A stretch of DNA of 58,706 nt, counting the filler, from Dugesia japonica (taxonomy: Eukaryota), in assembly GCA_001938525.1 (NCBI GenBank). It is 5 parts of 5 records of this genome, joined end to end, with 100 filler letters (N's around TTAATTAATTAA, not from the genome) between each part and the next. Parts side by side here need not be neighbours in the genome. Positions count along the whole stretch, not along the records: positions 1 to 11,054 come from MQRL01626412.1; 4 more parts are not named here. The stretch is one strand, 5' to 3'. Position numbers and translations under genes: made by a program. Positions 1 to 11,054 of the stretch are shown piece after piece. The notes beneath the pieces are model-generated. The model was not told where the DNA came from and ran no database searches. It saw nothing but the letters and a program-made list of their open reading frames with translations. Positions within the stretch are counted from its first letter, which is position 1; the number at the start of each line of letters is the position of its first letter.

Positions 1-45
1 AGAAACATTGAAATATAATAATAATTTAAAATCAATCAATTATAC

Positions 46-431
46 CTAAACGTTTTAAATTTCTCGCCACATTAGGCAAACCTTGATCCGCATCCATATT
101 TCCACCAGAAGACATAACTTGATTAATGGGTATATTTTGAACATCAGACATATTTGGGATAACCATGTTTTGATTAAGCATAGATTGATTAACTGGTATT
201 TTGGATAATAAAACATATTTTGATAATGTATATTTGCAACAGCCATAATTTGATAAGGCATACCTTGATTAACTGGTAAATTTTGGTAATATAGTATATT
301 TTGATAATACATGGCTTGAGCAATATTCATATTATGATAATACATTTTTGGAATGGCATATTTTAAGCAGCATTCATAATTGGAATGGTAATGCTATTTT
401 CATAAGTCATATTTTGATTATTATTTTGCAT
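46..431 (-). pseudogene. Q/N/Y/M-rich low-complexity repeat protein, probably an accessory gene of the Polinton-like element
   Basis: ATG at 431 gives MQNNNQNMTYENS..*NMPFQKMYYHNMNIAQAMYYQNILYYQNLPVNQGMPYQ..., then after one frameshift IPVNQSMLNQNMVIPNMSDVQNIPINQVMSSGGNMDADQGLPNVARNLKRL, ending at a G|GTATAA donor. Upstream TATATAAA (529-522) and a 46-nt GTAAGA..TTTAG 5'UTR intron (489-444). Confidence 0.55.
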
Positions 432-1481
432 TTTAATATAAATCTAAATTAAAAAATAAAAATTAATAATAAATTTAAAAATGTCTTACTGTTCAAAGTT
501 TTTCTAGGATTATGTGCTTCGTTTATATACCAAATGGTTACATAATTGAAACAGATAGTTTAAATTAAAATTGAAACGATAAAACAAAAACATTTTTGGT
601 ATCGTTTTCTTAATAATAATAATTTAATTAACATTTAAATAATTTATACTTACTAGGTTCATATATTATTTACATTTTTTTTCTTCACCAAAGATATTTA
701 TTTCTAAATAATTTTACTAAATGAAAATTAAATTAATTTAAATAAATTAAAAATAAAACAAAATTCAATAGACTAAAACTTTACAATAAAAAACTTATAT
801 TTACATTAAAAATTTGATTTACCATAAAAATTACAATAAAACTTAACAATAAAAAATATTCATATTAAAACATTTACACAGTAAAAATTACAAATTAAAT
901 AAGTAACACGTTTTTTATTCAATACATTTATTCAATACAAAATTTCATCAACCATGTTTATTAGTTAAATTTAAAGTCTCACATGTCTCCATAAATTGTT
1001 TATCGATTATTACAAGTCTTTTCTTAAAAAATAAAAATATGAAATAACAATTTACAAATTTCAAACAAATAATCTGAGAAATCTTAATAAAATATTTTTC
1101 AAAAATATTGGTTTTTTAAATTCCAAAATANNNNNNNNNNNNNNNNNNNNNNNNNNNNNNNNNNNNNNNNNNNNNNNNNNNNNNNNNNNNNNNNNNNNNN
1201 NNNNNNNNNNNNNNNNNNNNNNNNNNNNNNNNNNNNNNNNNNNNNNNNNNNNNNNNNNNNNNNNNNNNNNNNNNNNNNNNNNNNNNNNNNNNNNNNNNNN
1301 NNNNNTTTTACATATATATTTATTTATTTTTCAACCTTATAATTTTTAAAATTTTATATTTTAAAAATTTTTAAAAAACGAATCTTAATATTAAATATAA
1401 AAATTAAAAAATCTCAGACATCCGAAATTAATGAATCGATACTCACAATGTTGATTTTTTTTCAGCATATTTGATACTTTT

Positions 1482-1727
1482 TCAGAATATTTCTTCATCC
1501 GCTATATTGTTTTGCAACCATAATAAGCAAAGCGGACCGCAATTCATAGAGAGTAATTTCTGGTACTGGGTTCTATTGTAAATGATAGGTTTGGATAAAC
1601 TCGATAGTTGCGATACTAGTATTGATGGGTAGTAAAATCCGAATGGATCAAATACTATGATATGTTCAGGTTTATGATAAACAGATAACCAATGTTCACC
1701 TCCGAGATTTGAGCTCTGTGTGTTTAC
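1482..1727 (-). pseudogene. Adenain-like (C5) cysteine protease of Polinton/Maverick type, 5'-truncated
   Basis: Manual translation VNTQSSNLGGEHWLSVYHKPEHIIVFDPFGFYYPSIL...YNRTQYQKLLSMNCGPLCLLWL shows the His (GEHW), Asp (FDPFG), Gln and Cys (CG) catalytic motifs. Not in the ORF track. Confidence 0.85.
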
Positions 1728-2099
1728 TCTTTAATCTTTAATCTCTCTTTAATCTCCATAAACGGTATTTAGTATTACAAGTGTATTTGATTAAAATAAA
1801 AATATTAAGAATAATTCATAGTATTCAAACAAATAATCTGAGAAATTTTTCAATAAAATAATAAATAATAAGTATTTTACTTTACATAAAAACTTATAAA
1901 ATATTTAAAAAATATTAACTTCCATTAAATAAATTTTATGTAATATAAGAATTTCATAAATATTTTACCTAATAATTTCAATAAATAAATTGTTTGAAAT
2001 ATTTCATTTTACTTATGTTTTAAAAATAAATTTTAATATTATATATATATTTAAAAATTAAAGAAAGATTTCTCAGATATTTAAATCTATGAATAATTC

Positions 2100-2510
2100 T
2101 TACAAATATAACCAAATATTGAACATTTAAATTACGTGTTCTATGATCACCATCTTGATGGAATAGATTTTGTTTAATGAATATTACAGTAACACCACAA
2201 TGTCTTGATATTTTTGTGAATAAATTATTAAAATCCTTTTCTTTATTAGCTTCTTGATACAGATCATCAACAACAATCANATCACCTGTTTTCGATTTCT
2301 TACTCCAATTGTCATCAAATTCATTATTAATTGTAATTTTTATATCGTAAAATGCTGATTGAGTCATTCCATGCTCCTCATCTGCACTTCTATGCCAATA
2401 TATTTTATTGAATTTCGATTTGAATAAGTTTGATTTCAACAATTTACATACAAACAACGTTTTTCCATTACCACTAGATCCCACAATTTTAAACGTATCA
2501 ATTGAATTAA
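2100..2510 (-). pseudogene. A32/FtsK-like DNA packaging ATPase of Polinton/Maverick type, N-terminal two thirds
   Basis: Walker A GSSGNGKT, Walker B IVVDDL, LFTKISRH, and QNLF..RTRNLNVQYLVIF motifs; similarity ends near 2100, where the sequence becomes AT-rich. Confidence 0.85.
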
Positions 2511-2559
2511 TATTGTTTAAATGGGTATAAATACCACTTTGAAAAAGAATTATTCATAA

Positions 2560-3022
2560 ATGATGATTGCAAATAATAATTAGAGGAAGAGTTGATCAAG
2601 AAGAGACCAGGAAAATGAGATTTCCGTGTGGAAAACCTGTTCAGGTAGTAGAGAAAACAGACAAGTATACCCTTGTTTTCTTTCAATCAGGAAGTTGTAG
2701 AATCATAGTTTGTAAGAAACCAATAAGACCAAAGGATTTAAAGTATAATATCCAGAATATTCAATTACAATCACTTATAGTTGTCCATGATTTGAGAACT
2801 ATGATTAATTTATCTGAATTATCCAAAGTAATCAAATGCATCTATGAACCAGAAATATTTCCAGGATTGAGAATTTCCAAATATTTTCCAATATGTGTTA
2901 ATTTATTTTCAAGTGGACAGATAGTAAAAGGTGGAATAAAATTATTTTATTGTCAATCAATTGTTAATGAAATATTAAACGAATTAATTAATTTAATTAA
3001 TAATTTAAAAACCGTTGTTTAA
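2560..3022 (+). CDS. Compact TATA-binding protein (TBP/TRF)-like protein inside the Polinton-like element; possibly frameshifted near its start
   Basis: Two TBP-like repeats: YTLVFFQSGSCRIIVCK (cf. TTALIFSSGKMVCTGAK) and IQLQSLIVVHDL..INLSEL..YEPEIFPGLR..CVNLFSSGQIVKGGIK (cf. IQNMVGSCDV..IRLEGL..YEPELFPGL..LLIFVSGKVVLTGAK). Intronless; ATG at 2560 is out of frame with the 2567-3022 ORF. Confidence 0.8.
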
Positions 3023-3072
3023 ATTAAGTCATTGTAAGCATTATACACTTTTCAAAATTGTATGATGTATTT

Positions 3073-3803
3073 ATGTCAGAAAAACTGAAGGAAATGTTGA
3101 ATGAAAAAGAACTATTTAATCAAGATGTTGTTATCGATGATGATGATGAATACATGATATCTTTCATGGCATGGAAGAACTATATTTCCAAAAATTATTT
3201 CAGAGACTCAAGGTTGTTTATCTTTGAATTATGAAGATTATCTCAACAAATGTAAAGTTGATCTTGCCAATAATCTGGCAAATTTATTCCTTATTGATCC
3301 ATTTATCGATGCAATGGTGGAAATATCAAACAATGAAATTATACTTTACCATCATGAATAAGAAGAAATATTACAAAGCGGTCTACAAGCTCTTATTCAA
3401 ATTCAATTTCTCGATAGCCTTGTAATACTCAGAAGAATAGAGTTAATAGATAAACTGAAATATAATCCAGATTCATTGAAAAACATGAAATTTCTCATGA
3501 ATAATTTAGTTAAATTTCATAATCTCGAATTGTCAACGGTTGCAAATAAGTTTTATGAGAACTCAAAAGAATCATTAATTAAAGAATACAATGATGATTT
3601 AAGTTATTCAAGTCCAGAATCAATAAATCAAGCTCAAATGAATATAAAACAGAAGGCATTATAGCAGCAGGGATGCAAAATAGAAAGAGATCCAAATACT
3701 TTAAGTAATATTTGTCTTTTTAATAATCTATTTTAATATTATAATTTCAGTGGCCAATTGTCATACTGAACAATCAATGGAATATCGAGTAATATGGGAT
3801 TGA
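3073..3803 (+). pseudogene. ORF-X: orphan gene of the Polinton-like element with a 46-nt intron (3705-3750)
   Basis: MSEKLKEMLNEKELFNQDVVIDDDDEYMISFMAWK...LQALIQIQFLDSL...CKIERDPNTL|MANCHTEQSMEYRVIWD*; stops and a frameshift; homologous to 46120-46845. Confidence 0.6.
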
Positions 3804-4699
3804 ATTAAATAAAATTTACTGTTTTAAACCTGTTTTTATTTATAAAAGTAATAAAATTAACAAAGTAGAAATAAATAAGATAAGACGTTTATTTATACTA
3901 ATATTTATTCAATAAATTTTCATTCAATGTTTTGAGTTGATTTAACTTTCCATATTGGCTTTACTGTTTCTTCCAATTTCTTGTATCCAATTATTTCCAC
4001 TGTAATCTTTGATTTACTTTCTTGAACATTATTTTCTTTAGATTTATAAAGTTTGTTGATTTTAGGTTAATATATTTGTATTTAGTGAAAAATTACCAGC
4101 CGAATAGTATAAATTTCGATAAATTTTGATGTACTTTTGATATTTTCGAAAAATGTCACCGAATTCCGGGAGGGTGGCTGTAAATATTCGTTAGGAAGCA
4201 TTTTTTCCGAGTCAATATTTTAACTTCGCGCAGTCACGTTTTCCTTCTGAGTAAAATAATACCAAATTTGAGTCAATAGCTGTAATCTGGACACAGAGTT
4301 CTGAGCACTAAACTCTGAATTTTGAAATTTTTTCACTACCAAACCTCATTTATTTCATCAAGTATTAGTTTTGGTGATTTTAGGTTAACATATTTAAAAT
4401 CAGTGAAAAGTTCTCTATCGAATAGACAGGTTCTTGACCTATTTTGAGAAGAAAATATTTTTTCGAAAAAATCCTGTGCAAAATACTGGGAAAACCAAAA
4501 ATTATCGCCGTAAAATTCTGAGTCGATATATCTAAAAATAACTATATGTTATAAAAAATTGAAAAATTATTTTTAAAATTTTTGATTCTCCGGATTCCCA
4601 TAAAAAATTGATTTAAAACTTTTTTTAAATTTTCATATTATTTAAGCAACATGAACGGTTTGTCGGATTCCTATAAAAAATTCCCATAAAAATGTTTTT

Positions 4700-4890
4700 C
4701 CCTTATAAAAAGCCTAAAAAATATTACCGCTTAAAAAGCCTAAAAAATATTTCCCAATTAAATACACAGGAAAAAAGTAACACCAGTTAATCCTATTACG
4801 CTAAATTTCACCGATGAAATTAATCTTATGACATAATTTGTGTGCAAAATATTTTCCCAANTAAATACACAGGGAAAAAGTAACACCAAA
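4700..4890. repeat. Short local direct repeats
   Basis: TAAAAAGCCTAAAAAATATT twice (about 4706 and 4732); TTTCCCAAnTAAATACACAGG(A/G)AAAAAGTAACACCA twice (about 4750 and 4853). Confidence 0.7.
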
Positions 4891-5097
4891 TTATGTAATA
4901 ATCTTGAAATTAATTACATTATGTAATGCATACAAATGTGTGCCACCGCCTATTTACATAAGAAAAATACTATGTCACTTATGAAATAATCTTATTACGT
5001 AAACGGGGCGGGGGCTTACTGAATGTGTGTGATGTTGTCCGCCACTATCCATCTACTTCCAACCAAAAAGGGGCGTGAAACGAGCGAAGACCAAAAG

Positions 5098-5388
5098 ATG
5101 ACCCAGGATTTATACCGTCTCGCCAAACGTCGCTGGGAGACCAATACCACTATCGCAGAGCGCAAAGTTAAGCGGTACAAATTTATATGCAGTGCCTTCC
5201 GTAAGGAAGCTGAGGCCTCTCACGCTCAGGAGCGGCTTTGGAAAAGCCAAATTGATTCATTAGCTGAGATCATATGTTCCCTCCATGACCGTGAAAATAA
5301 ACTGGTTACCGACATTTTGGCATTAAGAAAGGCCATGCCACTCAAGCCACTGATGATAGATAAGGCGATACAAATCTCGCGATTATGA
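5098..5388 (+). CDS. Hypothetical basic/coiled-coil protein in a GC-enriched island
   Basis: Open frame of about 97 codons (121 aa from the upstream ATG at 5023) at noticeably higher GC than the flanks; basic N-half followed by a heptad-like hydrophobic repeat. Confidence 0.35.
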   Translation: MTQDLYRLAKRRWETNTTIAERKVKRYKFICSAFRKEAEASHAQERLWKSQIDSLAEIICSLHDRENKLVTDILALRKAMPLKPLMIDKAIQISRL

Positions 5389-5519
5389 CTTTCAGCATCT
5401 CCCCTTGTAAATTTGTAAATAAAAATTGATCAAATCAAACGACATAGCTTTTGTGGCTCCCTTTATTTACATTATACTTAATTTTATTAATTAATTGTTC
5501 CAACTTTCTTCTAATAGAA

Positions 5520-5900
5520 TTGATGTTAATTGTTTCAGTGCCACGAATCCAGCTTCCGACTAGCTTGCGCCGTTGCCATCGTCTGATACAGAAACTGTTG
5601 CTCGAGAGACATAATAAACGCCATAATGAGTGCGCAATTTTAAGACATCTCACCCAAAGAAACCGATTAATTAAGAAATTAGACATCATAGTCAAAAAAC
5701 AAGGCGATTTAGCCGAACAAACAAAAAAAGTTCTCCAGCACAAAATCGCATTCCTAGAGCAATAAATTGCTGACCTTGCCAGTCGTCTTGAGCCACAGAC
5801 ATGGACTCGCTGGAATAGCGGGGACGATCAAGCCGCTTTTGGTTTCATCCCTGAAGAGCCAACCCAGTGGTTATACCCGGGTGCTCTGGATTTTATGTAG
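5520..5900 (+). pseudogene. Hypothetical coiled-coil/leucine-zipper protein with one internal stop
   Basis: ...KKVLQHKIAFLEQ*IADLASRLEPQTWTRWNSGDDQAAFGFIPEEPTQWLYPGALDFM*; Leu heptad continues across the stop at 5763-5765. Confidence 0.35.
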
Positions 5901-6129
5901 TTAATTAGAAATAAATTTTTAATTCTAGTACATTATTAATTCGGTTTTGATAAATTAAATTATAGGGAAAATAAGGAACCCGAAAATAAAGGTATATGAG
6001 TGTGTACTTCAAATAAATGATGGAAGTCAACCGCTCTATACTGAAGACATAATAAGGAGCATTAGGTAAATTCTTGAAAGGGTTTCCTTAGTGCCTTTTT
6101 TCCCAGCCAACTTTTTTCTATCACAAACT

Positions 6130-7393
6130 CAGGTAGGACCCAAACAATATATAATAGCTCCAATCTCTTTCTCTTCAAAATTTCTGCTTTCATCCTGTTT
6201 CATATCGACATAACCATATGCTAGATTGTCTAATTTATTTTCTTCATGAATACACTGAACCTTTCTTGTGTTATGTCGTAATAAGCTGCAATTATTAAAA
6301 AAAATGATTGTCCATACCACATATCAAATAACACTTATTCAAAGGACAGTTTTTTCTGGTATGACTGGACTCACCACAACAATAACATTCTCCTGGTTGA
6401 AGTCGTCATAATTCGGGTTCGGGTAACCCTTTCGCTCTATTATATACTCTTTTTGCTATATGCTTCATGGAAACCATAGGTCTTTGGGGCTTATCGTATT
6501 CATTCGACCTCTTCATAGGTTGTCTTCTCTCTGAATCTTGCAGTTCTCTATTTAAGTTGGAATACTACCTCCCTTGATTATTTACCGATTGTTTGATTAC
6601 CTGTGGTACATTGTGTCTAATTGACCTTATAATACCTGTTACTGCTGCGTATTTTGGCTTAAATTCTCTTTTGCTATCTTCAATTACAATAATTTCTGAC
6701 TTTTCTTCAATACTTATTGAATTTTCAAAATTTGTCGTCAATTTCTCAACTTCTTCCAAGGACATATCTGGGTTCATTGCTATTGACTCCTTTACTTTCT
6801 TGGAGGACATTCGTTTTGAAATTATATCCTTCACGATCATGTCTTTTGTTTACTTCACCGACAAATCTTTTCTTACCAACTTCCTCACTCTTATAGCAAA
6901 ATTTTCAAACCTTTCATTTGATCGTTGATTAACTTGGCTAAAATCGTTGATCTTTTGCAAAAATGTTTTCGACTTGATGTAATTTGAACTGCACCAATTT
7001 TTTGTATCTTCAACTGACAGAATTTTTATTTTTTCTTTGAAGGCTATCCATAATTTCTTCGCGTCACCGAGCACCAATAGATCAAATTCTGCACATAAAT
7101 TTAAAGAACTTGTGGTTACAAAATCTTCAATTGATTGTAGCCACTCTTTCCCATCTTCTTCCTTGTAGCCAAAAAACTTTTTTATTATTGGATAAATTGA
7201 TTCTTGAATATTTTTTGGCAACAATTCTAAAATTTCCATCCGCTGCTGCTCTTTGTGAGAACTGTGATTTCGGCGTATTCGCAAGTTACAATACCAGCTT
7301 AACTCATTAAACTAAAATACAAATACGCTTTTCAAAATTTATTACAAAACACTTTTTTGAATATTTAAACAACAATATTATCTTATTGTTACT
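6130..7393 (-). mobile_element. Ty3/gypsy LTR retrotransposon remnant: short 5' LTR (about 7283-7393) and decayed gag
   Basis: Gag ORFs 6850-7284 and 6565-6840 are similar to the gag at 41.3-42.4 kb (FDLLV/L..ERFENFAIRVR vs ERFATFEIRLR); frameshifted double CCHC knuckle at about 6280-6390; AGTTAC..GTTACT ends. Confidence 0.75.
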
Positions 7394-7904
7394 ATGTATG
7401 CTTTTCAGATAATTTAACTGCAGAAATTTGAGTTTAAATTACTTTAAATATGATTTTCTTGTTTCATCTTCGAATAATTTTCCGGCTTTTACTTAATGTT
7501 GAATTAAATTTATGATGATTAATATAATAAGTATCATTAATTTATTACAAATGTAATGTAATGAATTTAAATTTCAAATAATTTCTTAAAATTTTATGTG
7601 TTGACATTGAACTTTAATGTTCTCAGGGAGCAACTAATATAAAGTACTTGTTTTTCAATTTATTTCATCGAGGATACAGATTGACAATTGTTAACCATGT
7701 TTTTGTTACCCGTCGTAAAATTGTCAATTTAATAGATACTTTGATGGTAAAAACTGAAGGATAAAAATTTTTTCGAATATTCAGTGTTCTTAAATAAACC
7801 TATGTAAAAATACCACTGTAAAATTCAGATATAAAAAATTTAATACCATCAAGGAAAAATTCTAAAATAAATCTATTAAAAATATTATATAGTAACTTAA
7901 ATTA

Positions 7905-8270
7905 AATTAGACGCAATATCTTTTCTCATATACGACGGAAAACCTTGGTCCATATGCTATAACAACTTCCATACCCTCATGTTATTAGTTCAATACAGCA
8001 CCAATTCCATTAAAAAACGGACCTTAGTATCCAGAATGAATTGACTTTCTGAGTTAGGATACTCTAATATTGAAGAGTTACAAAGGGCTTCTTTGATTTT
8101 AGCAAAACTCATCTCGCATTTAGTTGTCTGCACTATCTTGTGCTTTGATCTTCGATAACAGTATATATAGGTGTAGAAAGTTGCGAATTTTTTTTTATGA
8201 ATTTCCTGTGATAGTTTGCTATTCTAAGAAAAGATCGCGACTGTTTAGTAAATTTCCAACTCATATAGTC
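7905..8270 (-). mobile_element. Ty3/gypsy pol remnant (RT thumb/connection-RNase H)
   Basis: RSFLRIANYHRKFI...FAKIKEALCNSSILEYPNSESQFILDT..GIGAVL..EVVIAYG..EKRYCV, with frameshifts. Confidence 0.75.
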
Positions 8271-9294
8271 AAAGGGGTTGATTCAGTGCGTCGTTATCTA
8301 CATATTTAATTTAAATTATTTTGCCTGGAGAACGAAATATTTTTCTATAGTAGCCTTTTAGGCAATATATAGTCAGTTTTAATTCACCATCGTAGGAAAC
8401 TAATTTCGAAATGAAAAATAAAATTTTAAAATGTTTTGACGAAGAAAAGAAATAATAAATAAATACAATAAAATTAGCTTCCAGCGTCCTCTTTTGAGGA
8501 CACGCTTTATAATTTTTCTAGTACTCTACTTAAACCCTATTCCATTCTAATTTTAGAATAAGAATAATAAACAATAATAGTCAGGAGTATAAAATGTCCT
8601 CATCCTAAAAACCCATGGTTCTGCAGGAAGCTCTTCTCTAAGAGCTTCTTTATATTTTGCTTTTGTTTTATTGTTGTCTGCTCTTTCTTTTCTATATTTT
8701 TCTAATGTTAAGGCTCGTTGTTTTCTGATTCCTTACTTTTTTCATAATAACAATATGCAGCTACTCTTAAAAATTTTTAAAAAATAATTCATCCCTTGTG
8801 TGTTGACACATAAATTTTCAAATAATATTTTATGTATATTCCTTATTTGGAGATTATTTGAGAAAGTGCTCGATAAATTACAATTTTTTATTCTTCTACT
8901 ATCTCAAGTATTTAACTCATTTTAAAATATAAATTAAGTTCTTCTATATCAAATATTAGATATTTTTTATACATTGTTTCAATATCTAATATTTACTTTC
9001 TAGGATTATCTATTTGTTCATTTATTAATTTACTTAATTTTTCATTCTCTTCCGCAATACTTGGTTTAATTTGATTTTTTTAAATCAAATTTTCACTGGA
9101 TATTTTGCTCCTTCTATTTGGTTTTTCTTATAGATAATTAGAAAATGTTTACTGTATTGCACTGTACTTTTCGCTTTTACTGTAATATTTACTGTTTGTT
9201 GTAATTATTAATTTTCGCCATTTTGGAAAATTTTCATTATTGTTGAAAATATGATAAAAAAAATTTAAATTCCGAGATAACAAAACTTCGCAAT

Positions 9295-10404
9295 TTAGCA
9301 ATTTTAATGAAAAATGACTCTTATAGGAGTATTTTATTAAAAATCACAAAGACAGAATGTTATGTAAGAGTTTAGTCACTGTTCCCTTATCCTTGAAAGA
9401 AACAAGATTATTTCCTGTAGACAGATTATTAAAAATTTGAAGGCCGATTTTGAACTCATTGCGCTAAAATCTTACATGAAAACCAAATTTCTTCTTTAGA
9501 TAAGTTATTGATATCTAAACTTTTGACCAACAGCTTTTCGAAATTGTGCGGGTGACATGCGTCTAAAGCCAGTTGAGCGCCTCATCAATTGAGCATAGCT
9601 TTGGATGATTAAGCTGTTTGGATGCAGCATGAATTAGATCATTTTTAGCTATATCCCTAACTATTACATCTCGACAAACAAGCATTTTGAATTCCTGAAT
9701 GATTGATTGTATAATATACTCATCTCTAGCTTCATTTAACCCAACTGCTTCATGTTTTTTGGAGCTGTATAGGTATTCAAAAGCAGCGTTCAGTAGGATA
9801 GATAGAATTTATCTAACCTGTTCCCTGGTATATCTATCAATCCCTTTAGGTCTAAGCACCACTCCATTTGCAGTGTAGGCCGAAGCATCAAACTTACTGA
9901 CTGGAATGTTGAAGTTCCTAAAGGCAAAAGTAAACCTCGAATGAATGAAGCCTTTATATGCATGGATTTTCTGCCAAGGATAGAGAATAGATTTAGTGAT
10001 CTTCTCCACATATCTGACATATTTTTCAAGCATGTCTGATGGAGTCTGAAACTGACCCCGTCCGAAATCAACCCCAAGATAACGATAAAAATCCTTATTT
10101 AAGAGTTGAGGAATGCTTTCATCTCTGATTTCAATCTGCACAAGTGAACTATTTTCCGGACAAGGAAGATAAACACACTTATTCGGACGAAACTCTAAGG
10201 AATACCAGTCAGCCAAGCGAACGGCAACGTTAATCATGTCCTGAAATGAGGCTTTTGAAGAAGCGACCAACGCAAGATCATCCACATAAGCTAAGGCAGA
10301 GATGGGATGACGAGCACAATTAACTCGCCTTCCACGAGTCGTTGAGATTTCCTTAATGACTGGGTCAATGCCAATGTTAAAAAAAACACTGACAATGAGC
10401 AACC
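9295..10404 (-). mobile_element. Non-LTR retrotransposon reverse transcriptase fragment (R2/NeSL-like RLE group)
   Basis: FNIGIDPVI..ALAYVDDLAL..FRPNKC..YRYLGV..LYPWQKI motifs in ORF 9809-10411. Confidence 0.85.
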
Positions 10405-11054
10405 TTAGCAATTTTAATGAAAAATGACTCTTATAGGAGTATTTTATTAAAAATCACAAAGACAGAATGTTATGTAAGAGTTTAGTCACTGTTCCCTTAT
10501 CCTTGAAAGAAACAAGATTATTTCCTGTAGACAGATTATTAAAAATTTGAAGGCCGATTTTGAACTCATTGCGCTAAAATCTTACATGAAAACCAAATTT
10601 CTTCTTTAGATAAGTTATTGATATCTAAACTTTTGACCAACAGCTTTTCGAAATTGTGCGGGTGACATGCGTCTAAAGCCAGTTGAGCGCCTCATCAATT
10701 GAGCATAGCTTTGGATGATTAAGCTGTTTGGATGCAGCATGAATTAGATCATTTTTAGCTATATCCCTAACTATTACATCTCGACAAACAAGCATTTTGA
10801 ATTCCTGAATGATTGATTGTATAATATACTCATCTCTAGCTTCATTTAACCCAACTGCTTCATGTTTTTTGGAGCTGTATAGGTATTCAAAAGCAGCGTT
10901 CAGTAGGATAGATAGAATTTATCTAACCTGTTCCCTGGTATATCTATCAATCCCTTTAGGTCTAAGCACCACTCCATTTGCAGTGTAGGCCGAAGCATCA
11001 AACTTACTGACTGGAATGTTGAAGTTCCTAAAGGCAAAAGTAAACCTCGAATGA
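10405..11054. repeat. Apparently identical direct duplicate of 9295-9944, ending at a scaffold gap
   Basis: Same sequence at an offset of 1110 bp. Confidence 0.9.

Larger units (their letters stand above)
1..4060. mobile_element. Polinton/Maverick-like element, degenerate copy 1 (protease, ATPase N-half, TBP-like, ORF-X, ORF-Y 3' end)
   Basis: Adenain-like protease plus packaging ATPase; 3070-4050 is clearly homologous to 46120-47090 of copy 2; boundaries approximate. Confidence 0.8.

Noticed and set aside
2560-3022. Host TBP gene
   Set aside because: Far too divergent from the near-invariant metazoan TBP core, intronless, and embedded among viral genes.
5098-5200. Canonical bZIP basic region
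   Set aside because: RRWETNTTIAERKV lacks the invariant Arg of N-x7-R; kept only as an unclassified coiled-coil ORF.
6593-6928. Antisense shadow ORFs (also 40334-40603, 40911-41294, 11816-11998, 16642-16885, 45181-45387)
   Set aside because: They lie opposite recognisable TE or viral coding sequence and have no motifs of their own.
9295-11054. Perfect 650-bp direct repeat as a possible LTR or tandem array
   Set aside because: It is coding sequence of a non-LTR RT, appears identical and ends at a gap; most likely an assembly artefact.
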